Below, one piece after another: positions 61,081-64,000 of a stretch of 64,000 bases of DNA. Within the stretch, counting starts at the first letter, position 1. Each line of letters opens with the position of its first letter. A program made the position numbers and the translations under genes. The DNA is taken from positions 1 through 64,000 of the forward strand of contig JBFXLE010000002.1 of NCBI GenBank assembly GCA_050173015.1, written 5' to 3'. This stretch comes from Calditrichaceae bacterium (lineage in GTDB: Bacteria; Calditrichota; Calditrichia; Calditrichales; JBFXGD01). The notes under the pieces were generated by a model. That model was given only the letters and a program-made list of their open reading frames with translations, had not been told where the DNA came from and searched no databases.

Positions 61081-61880
61081 TCAAATATCAGAAGATAAAG
61101 ATAGGTGGACAATGCCGCGGCGGATATGCCCAACGCGATGGATGAATAATTGTCAAAATCTTTTGCTTTATTATAGTTTCGTCTCATATCGGAAAGATTG
61201 GAAGTACTCTTGTAGCTGTCATAATGATCATCAGCTATTCTTTTAAGGTAAAAAGAGAGCCAGTTGGAAGTGATAGCGGTGATAACGAGTCCCGGTTTAA
61301 CCAACCTTTTGATACCGTTTGGATTTTTCGGCCGGCTCGTTGTTACAAGACTTGGTTCACCGGATGGTTCAGGGCTGAGACGAACCATGAGTGGCCAGTC
61401 ATTTACTGTAGAGAGATCGAGTTCATTTTTCAAATATCCTTTTTTTTGCAAATATATTTTATTAAAAGGAATATCGGTGTTCAGGTAAAGAGGGGTTTTA
61501 CCCAAAAGTGTGTCATTTATCGCGAATATCCCCGCGTCTCCCGGTATCGACTGCAACAGCCTGTACTTCTGGGGTTCCAGGGATAATATTAGCGTATCCA
61601 TAGCGTTTATTCGGAATTCTTTATGCACTGTTAATCCGGTCCAGTTTTTTTCATTCATGCGTTTTGCCCGGAGATTGTGAGAACCGGCCGGCATGGGATA
61701 AGCAGTAACGGGACTCTCCAGAGAAATAGAATCATCAATACTGATTTTCCATATATCATTTGATTGGATGGTCAGATAACCATCATCATTGTTTTCCTGC
61801 GCGGTTAGAGACGGACTATCGAACAAGATCAGAATGATGCAATAAAACAGGATCCATATCCCATTATTGTGCGGATGCAT
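61077..61880 (-). CDS. PEGA-like domain protein with C-terminal helical hairpin
   Basis: S.P..A.I, LGKTPL, L.KKGY, then two hydrophobic segments around ADDHYDSYK. Start uncertain. Confidence 0.65.
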   Translation of the reverse strand: MHPHNNGIWILFYCIILILFDSPSLTAQENNDDGYLTIQSNDIWKISIDDSISLESPVTAYPMPAGSHNLRAKRMNEKNWTGLTVHKEFRINAMDTLILSLEPQKYRLLQSIPGDAGIFAINDTLLGKTPLYLNTDIPFNKIYLQKKGYLKNELDLSTVNDWPLMVRLSPEPSGEPSLVTTSRPKNPNGIKRLVKPGLVITAITSNWLSFYLKRIADDHYDSYKSTSNLSDMRRNYNKAKDFDNYSSIALGISAAALSTYLYLLIFD

Positions 61881-63018
61881 TGGTATTATCCTTTGCAGAT
61901 TTGAATACAACGAGTTTTCTCTTTTCTAAACCGATAAACAATTGATTTTTATAGATCATCGGCGCGGATGACGGACGATATTTGAGATTCAGACTCTGTA
62001 AAATCTCTCCGGAATATTTGTTGACCAGATAGAGTTTATTTCTGGCGGTTCCGACGATTACCATATCAAGTGTAACCAGCGGGGAAGCTGTCGGCGGACC
62101 TTCTAATTTTCTTTCCCAAATAATATCTCCATCGGGAACACTGAGAGCAATCAGACTTCCGTCGCTGAGCGCGGAATAAATTATTTTATCATCAATTGAT
62201 GGCGCAACATACACCGGAACATTAAATCCACTCTTATACCGGATCGAACCGTCATTCATATTGATGATATATAGATTTCCCCGGTATGTAGAAACGAATA
62301 AGTGGTCGTTTTTAATAACGGGGGATGATTGAATCGCTTCGCTGATATTCAATGACCAATTTACCACCCCGGTTTCCGGGTCGATGTTAGTGACAAGCCC
62401 GTCCCTTCCCGCAATGATGAGACCGCTGTCTGAGAAGGCGAAATTTGTATTAATTCTGTCAGGGATCCGCTTTTCCCATATTTTCTTTCCGTTCCGGGCA
62501 TCCAGGCAAAGAATCAGCCCTTCCAATGTGCCGTAAAAAAGTTTATTTCCAAACAGTATCGGTGTAACAGCTGAAAAATGCTTTTTGTTTTTCCAAATCT
62601 CCCTTTTTTTATAAAGATCATAGCCTATGATTCCAAACTTGCCGATCTCTGATGTTATATATACCGTGTGATCAGAAGCAGTGGGTGAGCCTGAAACTCC
62701 ATGTGAAACACGAAATTTAACCGATTCCGATAGATCATCGGTGTTCATGATATACACGAAACCATTCTTCGTTGTGAAGAGGAGATTTTCTCCTAATAGC
62801 TCGATTTTTTTTGTTGTTTCTCCGGATAAGGATACTTCCCTAAAAAATTCTAACGGCGTGTCAACGGATGCGGGTGAGAATCCTGTATTAGAAAAACTGA
62901 TATTTTCAGGACGCGGAGGCAGTTTTTTATTATAGAAAGGTTTGGAACATGCTAAAATAAGCGAAAATACCAACGCCATAGAGGTGAATAGTATAGATAT
63001 ATTTTTCACTTTCATCAT
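61864..63018 (-). CDS. PQQ-like beta-propeller lipoprotein (BamB-like)
   Basis: Lipobox ILAC and repeated G...W / SSP propeller blades. Confidence 0.85.
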   Translation of the reverse strand: MMKVKNISILFTSMALVFSLILACSKPFYNKKLPPRPENISFSNTGFSPASVDTPLEFFREVSLSGETTKKIELLGENLLFTTKNGFVYIMNTDDLSESVKFRVSHGVSGSPTASDHTVYITSEIGKFGIIGYDLYKKREIWKNKKHFSAVTPILFGNKLFYGTLEGLILCLDARNGKKIWEKRIPDRINTNFAFSDSGLIIAGRDGLVTNIDPETGVVNWSLNISEAIQSSPVIKNDHLFVSTYRGNLYIINMNDGSIRYKSGFNVPVYVAPSIDDKIIYSALSDGSLIALSVPDGDIIWERKLEGPPTASPLVTLDMVIVGTARNKLYLVNKYSGEILQSLNLKYRPSSAPMIYKNQLFIGLEKRKLVVFKSAKDNTNASAQ

Positions 63019-63998
63019 TAAAAATCCCACCCGAAGAAAAATTGAGTAAATATGTTTTTTGACGTGGAATGGAAATCAGTTGTTTTCCCGAAATCCCACC
63101 GGAACGCGATAAAGTTACCTAAACGGAGCCGTATTCCCACACCATAGCTGCCAAGAAGACCCTGCCACTCATCATCCCAGGCGTTTCCCATGTCAAAGAA
63201 CGCCGCGCCGCGGATAGAATTAAAACCAAGCGAAAAAAACGGCATTCTGATACCGATCAAGTCTATGAAAGGAAAACGCAATTCCTGACTGATTAGCATC
63301 ACCCTTTCGCCGCGTAGTGACCACCGTCTGTACCCCCTCAAATCCCAGCTGCCGCCAAGGTAAAACTGACGCGTTTCTGTTCCTTCGTTAAACAGAGACA
63401 GGAATCGGACTGCATAGGCGCTTCGTAAGCCCAGTCGGTGATAATATCTCAGATCAGCCAGAATGGTGATGTAGTTTACATTTGAATGGATAAAATCATA
63501 GGTGTTGCCAATAGTCAAATTTAAACGTCTGCCGTCAATAGGTCCGGTCACGCCCCACATGGAGTTATCATGGACATAACTGATAAAATTTGAATTCAGC
63601 CAGGCTTGCCTTCTTTTATCAAAATACCAGTCCTTATCCGAATAACTAAAGCTTTGATTTAATTCCAGCCTCGAAAATTGGGACAGGGGATAGCTGAGCG
63701 CGAAATATGAACCGATACGTTCCTCATAGAAATAAGAATCTTCCGGATTGTAATATGGACCGGCAAATCTGAACGCGCCTATGGCATAATTGACACGCTG
63801 ACCAAGTGAAACTTTACTTACCGCGGCGTTAAAACTTTTAAAAAATTCTGAATTTGTACGTGAGTTATTATAAAGAAGTATATAGTACTGATCATTACCA
63901 AGCACGTCGGTAAACGCCAGCTGAGCGCCACCTGTCGTTCCAAAAATCGGATCCTGCGAAACCTGAGTCTGGGCGATGTCTAAATCGAATTTTTTAAT
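63018..63998 (-). CDS. Omp85/BamA-TamA-family beta-barrel protein, C-terminal part (runs off the window)
   Basis: Frame is open to the edge. LGG..DLRGY, ELRFP, FFDMG.AW, G.GIR, terminal FFFGWDF. Confidence 0.85.
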   Translation of the reverse strand: MKKFDLDIAQTQVSQDPIFGTTGGAQLAFTDVLGNDQYYILLYNNSRTNSEFFKSFNAAVSKVSLGQRVNYAIGAFRFAGPYYNPEDSYFYEERIGSYFALSYPLSQFSRLELNQSFSYSDKDWYFDKRRQAWLNSNFISYVHDNSMWGVTGPIDGRRLNLTIGNTYDFIHSNVNYITILADLRYYHRLGLRSAYAVRFLSLFNEGTETRQFYLGGSWDLRGYRRWSLRGERVMLISQELRFPFIDLIGIRMPFFSLGFNSIRGAAFFDMGNAWDDEWQGLLGSYGVGIRLRLGNFIAFRWDFGKTTDFHSTSKNIFTQFFFGWDF

Positions 63999-64000
63999 AT

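Noticed and set aside
1-64000. CRISPR arrays, tRNA/rRNA genes, prophage or integrase genes
   Set aside because: No regularly spaced repeats, cloverleaf or rRNA signatures, or phage/integrase motifs were seen by eye. A tRNAscan/Rfam run would be needed to exclude small RNAs.

Overview
Bacterial chromosomal segment. Gene content and order (kds/lpt genes, rpsU-yqeY-cvpA-mutS2, divIVA-PNP-ileS-dksA-lspA-rluD) suggest a diderm of the FCB/Calditrichota type; this is an inference. Accessory region (about 1-24.4 kb): a dead IS256 with an intact IS21 inserted into it (6-bp target duplication). Next is an AT-rich two-gene islet encoding a DUF1573-like exported protein with an in-frame TGA in a U-G-C motif followed by a SECIS-like hairpin (candidate selenoprotein), and a 21-Cys lipoprotein ending in a rubredoxin domain. 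Then an extended ars/heavy-metal cluster (arsR, ArsP-like permease, arsC, acr3, an FmdE-TauE-porin-FmdE block, CDF, thioredoxins, CcdA), a two-component system with an RND pump, and a degraded CDF gene. Core region (about 24.8-64 kb): a pyr operon with a eukaryote-type OPRT-OMPDC fusion, a kds/lpt operon with inserted envelope genes, a HicB-HicA-like fusion, signalling proteins, mutS2, polA, a response regulator plus MBL hydrolase behind a perfect class II CRP-type promoter, dnaG, divIVA, a GIHH-type ileS and outer-membrane genes. No rRNA, tRNA or CRISPR array was seen. All product calls come from motif recognition by eye; no database search was run.
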